Shown: one piece after another, positions 18,496-28,262 of the stretch
Numbering within the stretch: the stretch's first letter is position 1
Layout: every line of letters starts with the position of its first letter
Assembly: GCA_040143965.1 (NCBI GenBank)
Contig: JASJQH010006910.1
Span: 1 to 42,383, forward strand
Direction of reading: 5' to 3'
DNA: 42,383 bases
DNA from: Basidiobolus ranarum
Taxonomy: Eukaryota
Made by a program: the position numbers and the translations under genes
The notes under the pieces: generated by a model
Told to the model about the DNA's origin: nothing
What the model saw: only the letters and a program-made list of their open reading frames with translations
Database searches by the model: none

Positions 18496-18969
18496 CTGTG
18501 GGCGCTTTTTCAGGTTGGCGAGAGGATCCTTATTAGAGAAAAAAATGGAGGTATTGAATTGATGGCATTGATCACCAGTGTAGGATGTTTTCTGATTGTC
18601 AGTATCTACGAACGATGTATCAGATAACTGCTGAAGCCATTCAGCAACAGAGAGTCTTTCTCCATTTTCATCGAAAGTTGATTGGAATACCCGTAAATCT
18701 TCAAGATCTGCAATAGATTCACCATTGTTGGTACCAAAGGCAAAATCCGAATTTCTGGTATATAGATTGAGTATGATGGCCCAAACGGCATGAACCAATG
18801 TCACCTCGACCTTTGGCAGACATCTCAGAGCACCATGTGCATAAAGTTGACCAAGAGATATGCCACTTTTTCTAGTAACATTGAAGGTACAAGCAGTACC
18901 TTGATTCTCAGAAGCTTCAACAGATATTAGCACTGGGAAAAGGCACACGTTAGCCGATTGCATGTTCAT
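18496..18969 (-). CDS. NRPS exon 1: truncated N-terminal condensation-like domain
   Basis: TLVHAVWAIILNLYTRNSDFAFG resembles the C-domain ...AW..lL..y....dv.FG motif. Donor CAG/GTACAC at 18495, branch TACTAAT and acceptor TAG give an in-frame 62 nt intron. TATAAAAA at 19016-19023 overlaps the ORF-track ATG (19026), favouring the ATG at 18969 or 18963. Confidence 0.75.
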
Positions 18970-19647
18970 GTTATATGATATTAGTCTTGAATCATGATTA
19001 CGACTACGTCGATGCTTTTTATACATTAGTAAAGGTTAACCATCTGCAACCTTAAACCTGAGTTCCCCAGATTTGACCCCCACTATTCTTGTAAATTACA
19101 GAAAAGCAACTCCGCTCGTTAATTTTGTGCGACTCTGGAAATTGACAATATTTATCTTTTCTAGATACATGATGGTTGTACATGAATGTAAATTCTACAG
19201 AGAAGCTCTAGAATTACAACATGAAGACGAATTAATACCCACAAAATACTAGAAATCATGATACAAGGTTTAATGAAATTCGTCAACTCCAAGTAACGCA
19301 TGGGAGAACCAAGTTTTAGGATACTTGTACAAATCTCAACCGAGGCCAGTATTGATACATATTCTGCCAAAGAAACTCTGGAAATGTGCTAGTACGATAC
19401 AAAATCCAGAATGTTACAGATTTGGCTTAATGAAATTACAAATGTCTGGTGATATACTAACTTTTATGTTATTCAGGCATTGAATCCAGAGATTGGTTCT
19501 CCCACACTACTTACGATGTGACATACGGCTCTATCTTGGGATATAGTAACAAACGTATCAACCGTTATCGTCCAATGAGACATAAATGTTACTGTGACTC
19601 GACCTTGTGTACAGTGAGTGCACTACACGAACTGTATTGGTACTTGA

Positions 19648-19666
19648 TAGGGTTAGGGTTAGGGTT
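19648..19666 (+). repeat. Short telomere-type repeat (TTAGGG)~3 in the NRPS/ABC divergent intergenic region
   Basis: tagggttagggttagggtt read directly. Confidence 0.6.
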
Positions 19667-19897
19667 CGAGTTTGAGCAATGGGAGTTTGATAAATACTAC
19701 CACAGTTCGCCGGATATTACCACAATTGACCTTGCTGTAGCCTCATGCAGTCATATAGGAATGTCCCCATTGATTAATTAATGGTCCACATATGTAATTG
19801 TAGTTATTAACCCCATTTCCACGCACGATCCAGAAAAGTTGTATAAATTGGTAGATTCTCGATTGATGGATCCAATTTCGCTTCTATACCTTAAACA

Positions 19898-22020
19898 ATG
19901 GCGGAGACGAAGGTGAAGGAAGCCCAGCCTCCTTTCTTTAAGTCAAATAACGTTACTCCCAATAGCGTGGCGAGCACGAAGGAAGTGAGCAAGTGTATTG
20001 GTATTTTTGAGTTATTCCGCAACTCTTCTCCACTGGATTTATTTCTTATCACTGTGGCTTTTTTCTGTAGTGCTACTTTCGGAGCAATATTACCACTATT
20101 GACGGTGATCTTTTCTTAGTCGCTTCAAACTTTTACCGATTTCGACCCCTCGAGGTCTTCGCACGATTTTAACTCAGCAATCGTAAAGAATATCATTAAT
20201 TTTACTATTCTTGGTGTGATTGCATTTATATTTTCCAATGGCTAAACCACATTATAGTTGATCCCTGGTGAGCGTCAATGTTTGCGTATTCGTGAACTTT
20301 ACTATACCTCTATTCTTCGTCAAGAAATTAGTTGGTTTGTGGCGACCTCACAAGCCGCATATCAGGGGATGTCGCTGTTATACATGAGGGGATTTCTCAA
20401 AAGGTTGGACTTCTCATTCAAAACCTGACTACTTTTATTGGTAGATTTATATTGGCTTTTGTGAAAGGATGGAGGATGGCATTGGCCCTTCTCTCTGCTC
20501 TTGCTCTACTTGCTGCTGTAGGTGGGCTGATATCTCGTTTGGCTGCTCAAAACACTACTGAAGGACAGCAAGCTTATGCAAGCGCGGGAGCTGTCACCGA
20601 TGAAGTTATTTCCTCAATTAAAATGGTTAGTCCTTTCGGCGGTCAAAAACGAGAAATCCTCCGGTATAATTCCAATCTTGATATTGCAGAAAACGCTTGA
20701 GTAAAACGCAGTATATTTGAAGGCCTTGGTACTGGCTTGATGTTCGGAAGAAGGAATACGTCTGCTCGATCCAAATTCGAAAAAATCCGATGGCAAAGGG
20801 TTAAAAGGCCTTATTGAGTTCCGGAATGTGAACTTTACTTATCCTAGTCGGCCAGATGTACCCATCCTTAAAGATTTCAATCTGCTGGTTAAATCAGGTC
20901 AGACTGTGGCCTTTGTGGGATTCAGCGGTAGTGGCAAGAGCACCAGCGTACAATTACTTGAGCGTTTTACGATCCTAACACTGGATCTGTACTTATTGAC
21001 GGAATTGATATAAGAGAGTTCAACATCAAAGGTCTACGCAGAAATATTGGAGGTTGAATTCATTGATAATAGGGAGCCTGCACGGAGTGTAGCTGATGAT
21101 GATGTCCAATTGAATGCGATCACTAAGATGATTTTTCTATGACAAAGTAAATGGTGCCGGTGTATTTACAATTTATCCACTGAAGCCCAAATGGTGCAAC
21201 AGCTTACGGATGGACTAGCAGGAGGCATTCTACAGGCCATAATCGGTCTTTGATTCTCGCATTTACTCCTGGATAGAAATCGACTCTAGTGGTCTTAGTA
21301 TGTGTTCCTATTCTTGCTATTGCCTCTGCACTTCAAATGAAATCGCTTATAGGATCCAACCATAAAACCAAAGAGGCATATGAGCAAGCGGCTCAAATTG
21401 CATTCGAGAGTGTTGAAAACAGCCAGTGATATCCTGGAGTTGACAAGCCGCGAACCCGAGATCGGCTCTTCACCTTCAGTCTTTTCTGGTATGGTCCATG
21501 CCTATTTTGAATACCCCACTCGATCCAAGATTCCCATTCTATAAGGTTTTGACTTATCCGTCCTTGCGGGTAACACTGGTGGGGTCATCTGGTTCAGGTA
21601 GATCAACTATTGTAGCATTGGTACAACGATTCTATGGGAAAGGAAATAACATCACGAGTGTTGACAAAACCAATTCGGGCAATGTGAAAGATATTGACTC
21701 CGATCCCATATGGCTATGGTAGGACAAGAACCAGTACTATTTGGGTGCAGTGTTGGTGAGAATATCACTTATGGGATAATCAATAATTTACAAACTAAAG
21801 ATGATAGTTCAGTGGAAATCTCGAATAAATTACAAAATCAAATTGAAGCTGCCACCAAGGGAGCTAATATCCATGATTTCATTATGAGCCTTCCAGATGG
21901 GTACAACACCGATGTTGGCCAGAAACTCAACTCTCTGGTGGATAAAAGTAGCGAGTTGTCATCGCTTGGGCGATCACTCGTAATCCAACTTTACTTCTAT
22001 TAGACGAAGCCACTTATGCT
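19898..22020 (+). pseudogene. ABCB (MDR/P-glycoprotein) transporter pseudogene
   Basis: Recognisable fragments: [47 protein letters not shown], Walker [10 protein letters not shown] (~20917) and GSSGSGRST (~21581), VGQEPVLF, and signature LSGG*K*R...LLLLDEAT. In-frame stops at 20117, 21943 and 21949 among others, plus frameshifts. Only ~2.1 kb remains versus ~3.8 kb expected for a full ABCB. Confidence 0.9.
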
Positions 22021-22144
22021 GGTTAGTAAACAAGGATTAGAAGTGGTGAACTAGGTTCTAGTTGGCATGAAAATTGAAATAGAATCAATCATTCATAATC
22101 ATATGTTTACTCTTGTGTTTGATGCATATGTCTTTGAGAGCCTT

Positions 22145-22842
22145 ATGGCTTAAATTACTGTATTGCTGTTGAAATGAGCATAGTCTAAACACCTATATAG
22201 TCATATATAGCTTAGTATTTAGTTATTCTATATTGAACTAAGATATCACCTTAAGAAGAATTTACTTAGGAGTTTGAAGATATATAAATTTCAATAACTT
22301 GTGCTAGAAGCCCCAAATTTTGCACCCATGTTCCTTGGACCTTCCTTACCACATCTTACACATTTGTTTGCCTACATCTTGACCACACTATAAATGTTAA
22401 CTTTTAATTCAATAAATCAACAAGTGAGAATCACCAATTCTTCTAGTTCTCCAAGCCACTTTCAACAAACTCCCAAAATATTTCAACAATTGCAAACTGT
22501 ATATAGTGAAGAAATCAGCAATTTTTTTGCTTCTAGCATGTTTATTGAAATACCCACTATTAATGACCATCAATAAACTGTTAAAGTATTTGGGAGCCTG
22601 TTGGAAGTGGTTTGGAGTATTAGAGGAATTGGTGGTTTTCACTTATTGATTTATTGAGTAGAAAGTTGACATTTATAGTTTTGTCAAGATGTAAACAAAC
22701 TAAGGTGTAGAATGTGCTAAGGAAGGTACCAGGAACATGTGTGCAAGTGAATTATAAGATAACTAATTACTAAGCTATATATGACTCTATAAGTGCTTAG
22801 GCAATGCTAATTTCAATAGTAAATGTGTAAAATTTGAGTTAT
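22145..22842. mobile_element. Foldback/MITE-like element with long imperfect inverted repeats
   Basis: ~22320-22492 is the reverse complement of ~22575-22746, and ~22162-22230 of ~22755-22823 (e.g. gtcatatatagcttagt / actaagctatatatgac). About 80% identity by eye, ~80 bp central spacer, ~90 bp extra in the left arm, no coding capacity. Outer ends are approximate and no target-site duplication was identified. Confidence 0.75.
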
Positions 22843-23346
22843 GTTTTTCACACATGTGTTGATCTATAGTTCTCTGAGGTTGTAGCCAATCCTATGCAAT
22901 TATTTTGCAAGATCTTGAAATTTCACTCCTGAAACTGAAAAAATTGATTAAAATCAAATCTACCTTGATGATTTTATGATGGTAAGTAAATAGTCAATCC
23001 CAAATGGCTTAAAATTGTGATGGTTTTCCTACAGTAACAATCCTCAAATTTCTGTTAGGGGAAGCAATACCTTGCCTCCAAGACACCTTTTTTGATCCCC
23101 ATTATTCCAGGTTTTTGTCCTATTGTCCAATTGGTTTGTACTGAGTATGCTCCTTTCTGCTTACTATCTTTGCCCCTTAACACTATATTTAGATCCTCAG
23201 AGCTTGATTACATTGGTCTATAAGTTAAGTATGGATATGATCCAGTTTTGTCACAATATCTTAAAAATTTATGTCTTGATTATCACTTTGTTTAGATTAG
23301 TATATAAGCTTTATAAAGTCCTCACCACCTAGTGCTTTTGATCCCC

Positions 23347-23418
23347 CTAAATTATGATACTAACCCTAAATCAATTCTTTCTCTAAATTATGATACAAAC
23401 TCCAAATTGATTCTCTCT
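23347..23418. repeat. Direct repeat, 2 x 36 bp
   Basis: ctaaattatgatactaaccctaaatcaattctttct / ctaaattatgatacaaactccaaattgattctctct. Confidence 0.7.
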
Positions 23419-23716
23419 TTGTATTGTTAAAATTGATTTCTCATGTGTGGATGGTGTTTTATAGCCCTAACTATTTTTTAAGTTACAATTTGGCCAGATT
23501 TAAGACCACCTTAGATTGGTGTGCATAAAACAACCAAGGAAAGATCCAATGCTTAAGAAAAGTCCAAAAAGAAATTTTAGCCCTCACGAGTGATCATCTA
23601 TGACTTTAATTTGGCGATAATGCTTGAAACATCATTCATGTTTTGATAATGTATAAAAGGTACAAGTTGGATGTTTGTATTTCCATATACCGAATACCAT
23701 TCAAACATCCTCCACT

Positions 23717-24097
23717 ATCAAGCTCTTCTATCAAAATCTCTTCTTGATTGGTGCTGCCACAGTTTCTCTGCTCATGCCTGCAAGTGCCGCTCCTAATGTT
23801 CGTAATTAGTCTGAACTTGCAGCCAGCCCAGAGTACGTGGAGTTGTACAAGAACGCTAAAGCATGTGGGGACATATTTCCTGCTACTTTGAAAAGCGTTC
23901 CTGCTGGTAGGGAGGATAGATTTACAGAACTGGTAATAATCTTGGTGGAATTTATTACTAGTTCTCATCTGCCAGATACTTCTGTAGTAAAGGGGGGTGT
24001 TGACAACACTATTGCTGGAGGAGTACTAGGTAATGCGATTGAGGTAATAAATTATGTTTACTTTATCATGATGAGTGGGTCCAGCAATCATGTCTAG
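23717..24097 (+). pseudogene. Probable relic of a small secreted protein gene
   Basis: TATAAAAG at ~23652, then ATC (possible lost ATG) followed by signal-peptide-like KLFYQNLFLIGAATVSLLMPASA-APN. One in-frame TAG at 23807-23809, then open in frame with ORF 23837..24097. Confidence 0.45.
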
Positions 24098-25560
24098 TAA
24101 TCAAGTCAATATATGTATGGAACACTAAACAGTATAGACCGTATTCCAATTATTTTGTTGCCTATATAATTTCATTGCATATTTCCTTTACCAAATCTAC
24201 ATTTTAAGTGCCCATTGCCCTTTCAGCTCACATAAATCTCCAAGTTGTTCATCATACATGGAATATATAGTGTCCGTTGCCCAGATCTGGACTAACGTAG
24301 TACTTCTTTTTCATGGCATAGACTACTGAGACAGACTTTGTATACCTTAGTCATATTTAAGCCTGAACTATGCATCTACTTGATGATGGAAGCCTTTCAT
24401 ATGACTTTGGTAATTATCATAGATCCAGGTAAGGTTATTATTAGCCTGAGTATGCCTATATATACCCTGAAACTACCTTTTAATGTTACAAAGCTAGAGA
24501 CGTAAATGGAAGCCATATTTAGATGATATGATAACTAAAGAACTTACCGAATGTTGGAGACTTTGCCATGCTAAAAGAGCACGTTCATACGTTGGGGTGG
24601 CAACAATGGCGCAATAGCTTTATCTGGGTTTATCAATTTAAAACCAGTACCGGGTAATCCTCAGTAAATGGTTACTAGAGTGTATAGTAAGCTGAGTAGA
24701 AGGTTTAATGTACGGGCTGAAGTTTGAGGTAGAGTCAAGTGACCTTCTGTTGAAATTCTCGGGAGATGTTCTGAGTCCTTGGAGTGTATGAGTCGATATA
24801 CACTCTTCTTTAATTTGTTCAGTGGCAAAGGCCTAAACATTCGATTTAATACCAAAGGATATGGATATATATATAAAGGGATAATGGCCCCCAGAATGGC
24901 GATAAAGCATGGTATAGACTGGAAGCCTGAAGGATTCGAATTAATCCCAAACGTCATAACTGTAGTAATTTTGAATTAAAGCAGGAAATAACAATGGCAA
25001 CTTTACTTGTTTTGATGTAAGTGTGTATTCAAGAAAACACTATTTGGTCTTTGAACTATGGACTGAATGGGTGGTAACTGGATGTTGTATAGCTAAACCT
25101 TAACAAGAGACTAAACATATGGCTTCAACTCATGATTGAGATATTCATGTTCACAATACAAAGTATTCAATTAGTTAGACACGATATGCTTCATTACCGA
25201 ATTACCCGAATTACCTGAATTACTATTTTGGTGAAGGCAAATCATACTGCATAAGCTACCAGCACAAGCGACCTCATTATCTTGACCACAATGTTTTGAC
25301 ATCATATAGATAAGCAGTAACTAACCCTAAGTAGTATTTTGGGGTATTTTGTGGTATTTTAATCCGCGCCTCAGAACTGCTACGTAGCAAGCAAATCAAA
25401 TCAAGCTTGGATCATAATCCAGATTGTCATCTGTGTACAAATGTAGTATATCAATTTATTTGAATGACCAAATATTGCGTGTTATATTGCGTGTTGGTCT
25501 ACAGAGGTCGATTATCACAATCAAGAGAATTATTATCCTATTGCCAGAAACTATTACATT

Positions 25561-25638
25561 GGGTAAGGATGAGGATGAGGGTGAGGGCGAGGGTGAGGGT
25601 GAGGGTGAGGGTAAGGGTGAGGGTAAAGATAAGAGTAA
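25561..25638 (+). repeat. Hexamer microsatellite (GGGTGA)n with eight consecutive GGG tracts
   Basis: gggtaa ggatga ggatga gggtga gggcga gggtga gggtga gggtga gggtaa gggtga gggtaa agataa gagtaa. Confidence 0.85.
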
Positions 25639-25841
25639 CAAACAAGTGATATTGACAGTGCGAGCGAGTGGGCTATCGAAACCACGTTTCCCATTCGACA
25701 AAATTCGGACACAATGACACTCAAGATGTCATCATTTTTGCTGAAATATTAATGATATCATCATCTCTCGTCCGCCAGTGGCTTAGGTACAGTATATAAT
25801 AATATGGAGTTCTCCAAAGCAAACCAACTATAATTTTCCAG

Positions 25842-28262
25842 ATGTCAACCGCTCCTACTAAAGCATACTTAGAACCTGAAGGTGAACTTTTGCCTCTTGC
25901 GAAAGACCTGCTAGTCCATTTAGATCTCAGTCAGTTTGATGAGACGCGCCTTGATGCAGTTAAGCTTCAACAACGGGCCGCTGATTATCTAGCTGCCTCT
26001 ATGATTTTTCTAAAGGCCAACCCATTACTTAGAGAACCTTTGAAAAAAGAGCATATCAAGGATCGTTTACTTGGCCACTGGGGTACATGCCCTGGAATTA
26101 ACTTGGTCTACGCTCATTGTAACTACCTTATAAAACAGCATGATGATGTGAATATGTTCTTAGTTACTGGGCCTGGACATGGTGCACCAGCAAACTTAGC
26201 CAATCTCTACTTGGAGGGCGCTCTGAAAAAATTCTATCCTCAATATGACCATACTTTGGATGGAGTTAATAAGTTAGTTCATGGCTTCTCCTGGCCAGGT
26301 GGCTTCCCTAGTCATGTTAACTCGGAGGTACCAGGTCAAATTCACGAAGGTGGTGAATTGGGCTACTCTTTGGCAGTCAGCTTTGGCGCAGTGATGGACA
26401 ACCCTGATCTGATTGTTACTTGTATTGTTGGTGATGGCGAAGCTGAGACAGGACCCACTTCCACTGCTTGGCATTCGTATAAATATATAGACCCTAAAGA
26501 AAGCGGTGCTGTATTACCGATTCTCCATGTAAACGGCTTCAAAATCTCCGAAAAAACCATATTTGGTTGTATGGATAACACCGAACTTGGGGCTTTATTC
26601 AGTGGATATGGATACCAGGTTCGCATTGTAGACGGTATGGATAATATAAATGTGAATATGGCTGTCTCCATGGAATGGGCCTATCAACAAATCCGAAAGA
26701 TCCAAAAGGCAGCACGTGAAGGGACACCGTTGGTCAAGCCTCGCTGGCCTATTCTTATCATGAGAACATTGAAAGGATGGACCGGGCCAAAGGAGCTTCA
26801 TGGTCAAGCAATTGAAGGCTCTTGGAAATCCCACCAAGTCCCTCTTCCAAATGCTGCTCACGATGATGATGAGTTTGACTTGTTGAACAAGTGGTTGAAA
26901 AGCTACAAACCAGAGGAACTCTTCGATGGGGACGGGGTTATCCGCTCAGAAATTACCGCAGCTTTTCCCGAATCAAACCGCCAGATGGGATCTCATCCTT
27001 TAACGTACGCCGGATATAAACCATTGGATGTACCCGATTGGAAAGAGTTCTCCATCAAGGACAATAACGTAAACGTTAGCTGCACGAAGACAGCTGGACA
27101 GTTTCTAAAAGCTCTGATTCAGAAGAATGAAAAAAGATTCCGTATATTCTCTCCAGATGAATTATCCAGTAATAAACTGGACGCTGTACTAGAGATAACG
27201 AATAGAGATTTCCAGTGGGCTGAAGAAAGTCGAAATCATGGCGGTAGAGTAAGTGAAGTTCTTTCAGAGCATACCTGCCAAGGCTGGATGCAAGGTTACA
27301 CTTTAACTGGAAGAGTGTCCCTATTCCCATCATATGAGACCTTCCTTGGGATCATCACTACTATGATGGTACAATATGCTAAGTTTGTTAAGATTGCCAA
27401 GGAGACACCCTGGAGAGAACCAATTGGCTCCTTGAATTACATCGAAACCTCCACTCTTTGGAGACAAGAGCACAATGGATTCTCACATCAAAACCCAGGA
27501 TTTATCAATAGTTTGATATCATTGAAACCCTCTATGATTCGTGTATATTTACCCCCAGATGCCAATTGTCTCTTATCGACTTTAGCTCATTGTGTACGCT
27601 CCAAAGAATACATTAACCTGTTGATTAGTGGAAAACATGAGACACCATCTTGGTTAACTCCTGAGGAAGCTGAGAACCATTGTGTTGCCGGTGCTAGTAT
27701 TTGGAAGTTTGCCAGTACAGATAATGGAGTTGATCCTGATGTCGTACTGGTTGGATGTGGTACTGAAGTAACATTCGAGGTCATTGCTGCTGCAAGTCTA
27801 TTGAGAAAAGATTGCCCTGATCTTCGGGTTCGTGTTGTTAATGTTACTGATCTGATGGTGCTTGCTGGAGATGGAACACACCCTCATGCACTGTCCGACG
27901 ATATATTCAACAACTTATTCACCACTGACAAGCCTGTCATCTTCAACTTCCATGGCTACTCCTCAGTCATCAAGCAGCTACTATTTGACCGAGCCAACAC
28001 TAGTGAACGGGTGGTAGTTCGTGGCTACAATGAAGAAGGAACAACCACCACCCCTTTTAGAATGTTGACAGCAAATGGAGTTTCAAGATATGATGTTGCC
28101 ATTAACGCCTTACGTATGATTGTAAAGAAAGGAGCTAGGAATGTGGATGTGGATGTTCACCTGCTTATAAGCCGATATCAACATGAAATTCGTCAACACG
28201 AGAAGTATATTTTGGAACATGGCATAGATCCTGAAGGTTTAACCGCTAGACCTAAATTCTAA
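25842..28262 (+). CDS. xfp: Xylulose-5-phosphate/fructose-6-phosphate phosphoketolase, 806 aa, intronless
   Basis: Family motifs LLGHWGTCPG, GPGHGAPA, PGQIHEGGELGYSL, TPP-binding GDGEAETGP, LSEHTCQGW, WRQEHNGFSHQNPG and GYNEEGTTTTPF. Confidence 0.96.
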   Translation: MSTAPTKAYLEPEGELLPLAKDLLVHLDLSQFDETRLDAVKLQQRAADYLAASMIFLKANPLLREPLKKEHIKDRLLGHWGTCPGINLVYAHCNYLIKQHDDVNMFLVTGPGHGAPANLANLYLEGALKKFYPQYDHTLDGVNKLVHGFSWPGGFPSHVNSEVPGQIHEGGELGYSLAVSFGAVMDNPDLIVTCIVGDGEAETGPTSTAWHSYKYIDPKESGAVLPILHVNGFKISEKTIFGCMDNTELGALFSGYGYQVRIVDGMDNINVNMAVSMEWAYQQIRKIQKAAREGTPLVKPRWPILIMRTLKGWTGPKELHGQAIEGSWKSHQVPLPNAAHDDDEFDLLNKWLKSYKPEELFDGDGVIRSEITAAFPESNRQMGSHPLTYAGYKPLDVPDWKEFSIKDNNVNVSCTKTAGQFLKALIQKNEKRFRIFSPDELSSNKLDAVLEITNRDFQWAEESRNHGGRVSEVLSEHTCQGWMQGYTLTGRVSLFPSYETFLGIITTMMVQYAKFVKIAKETPWREPIGSLNYIETSTLWRQEHNGFSHQNPGFINSLISLKPSMIRVYLPPDANCLLSTLAHCVRSKEYINLLISGKHETPSWLTPEEAENHCVAGASIWKFASTDNGVDPDVVLVGCGTEVTFEVIAAASLLRKDCPDLRVRVVNVTDLMVLAGDGTHPHALSDDIFNNLFTTDKPVIFNFHGYSSVIKQLLFDRANTSERVVVRGYNEEGTTTTPFRMLTANGVSRYDVAINALRMIVKKGARNVDVDVHLLISRYQHEIRQHEKYILEHGIDPEGLTARPKF

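Larger units (their letters stand above)
3135..18969 (-). pseudogene. Tetramodular non-ribosomal peptide synthetase, ~5,250 aa when repaired: partial C-A1-T1-E-C-A2-T2-C-A3-T3-C-A4-T4-E-TE. One intron (18434-18495), one frameshift (~11386-11393), one in-frame TAG (3657-3659).
   Basis: Four A domains with (F/Y)TSG(S/T)TGxPKG, FD(A/V)S, GPTE, TGDL and GRKxNQIK motifs. Four LGGDS carrier sites (~16497, ~11860, ~8602, ~5350). C motifs HHAINDG, HHTLYDG, HHALYDG. E motifs HHYIIDLVSW, EGHGRE, RTIGWFT, FNYLG. TE motif GYSFGG. The four ORF pieces join colinearly. Whether the two lesions are real or sequencing errors cannot be decided from this sequence. Confidence 0.85.

Noticed and set aside
3135-18969. 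Identification as ACV synthetase or a ferrichrome (SidC) synthetase
   Set aside because: It has four complete modules with an internal E domain and no IPNS gene nearby (ACVS has three modules). It lacks the terminal T-C repeats and ornithine oxygenase neighbour of SidC.
19898-22020. RIP-like CpA to TpA mutation as the cause of the ABC stops (CAA/CAG to TAA/TAG)
   Set aside because: Transitions that create stops are mostly in this context anyway (ascertainment bias). The gene also has indels, and the clear local dinucleotide signal is CpG loss, not CpA loss.
22394-22642. Two similar short ORFs on opposite strands (…TNSSxxPxHFQQxPK…)
   Set aside because: Artefact of translating the two arms of the inverted repeat.
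25424-25717. ORFs with EGEGEG / SPSPSP / RVRVRV repeats
   Set aside because: These are three readings of the GGGTGA microsatellite, with no other coding evidence.
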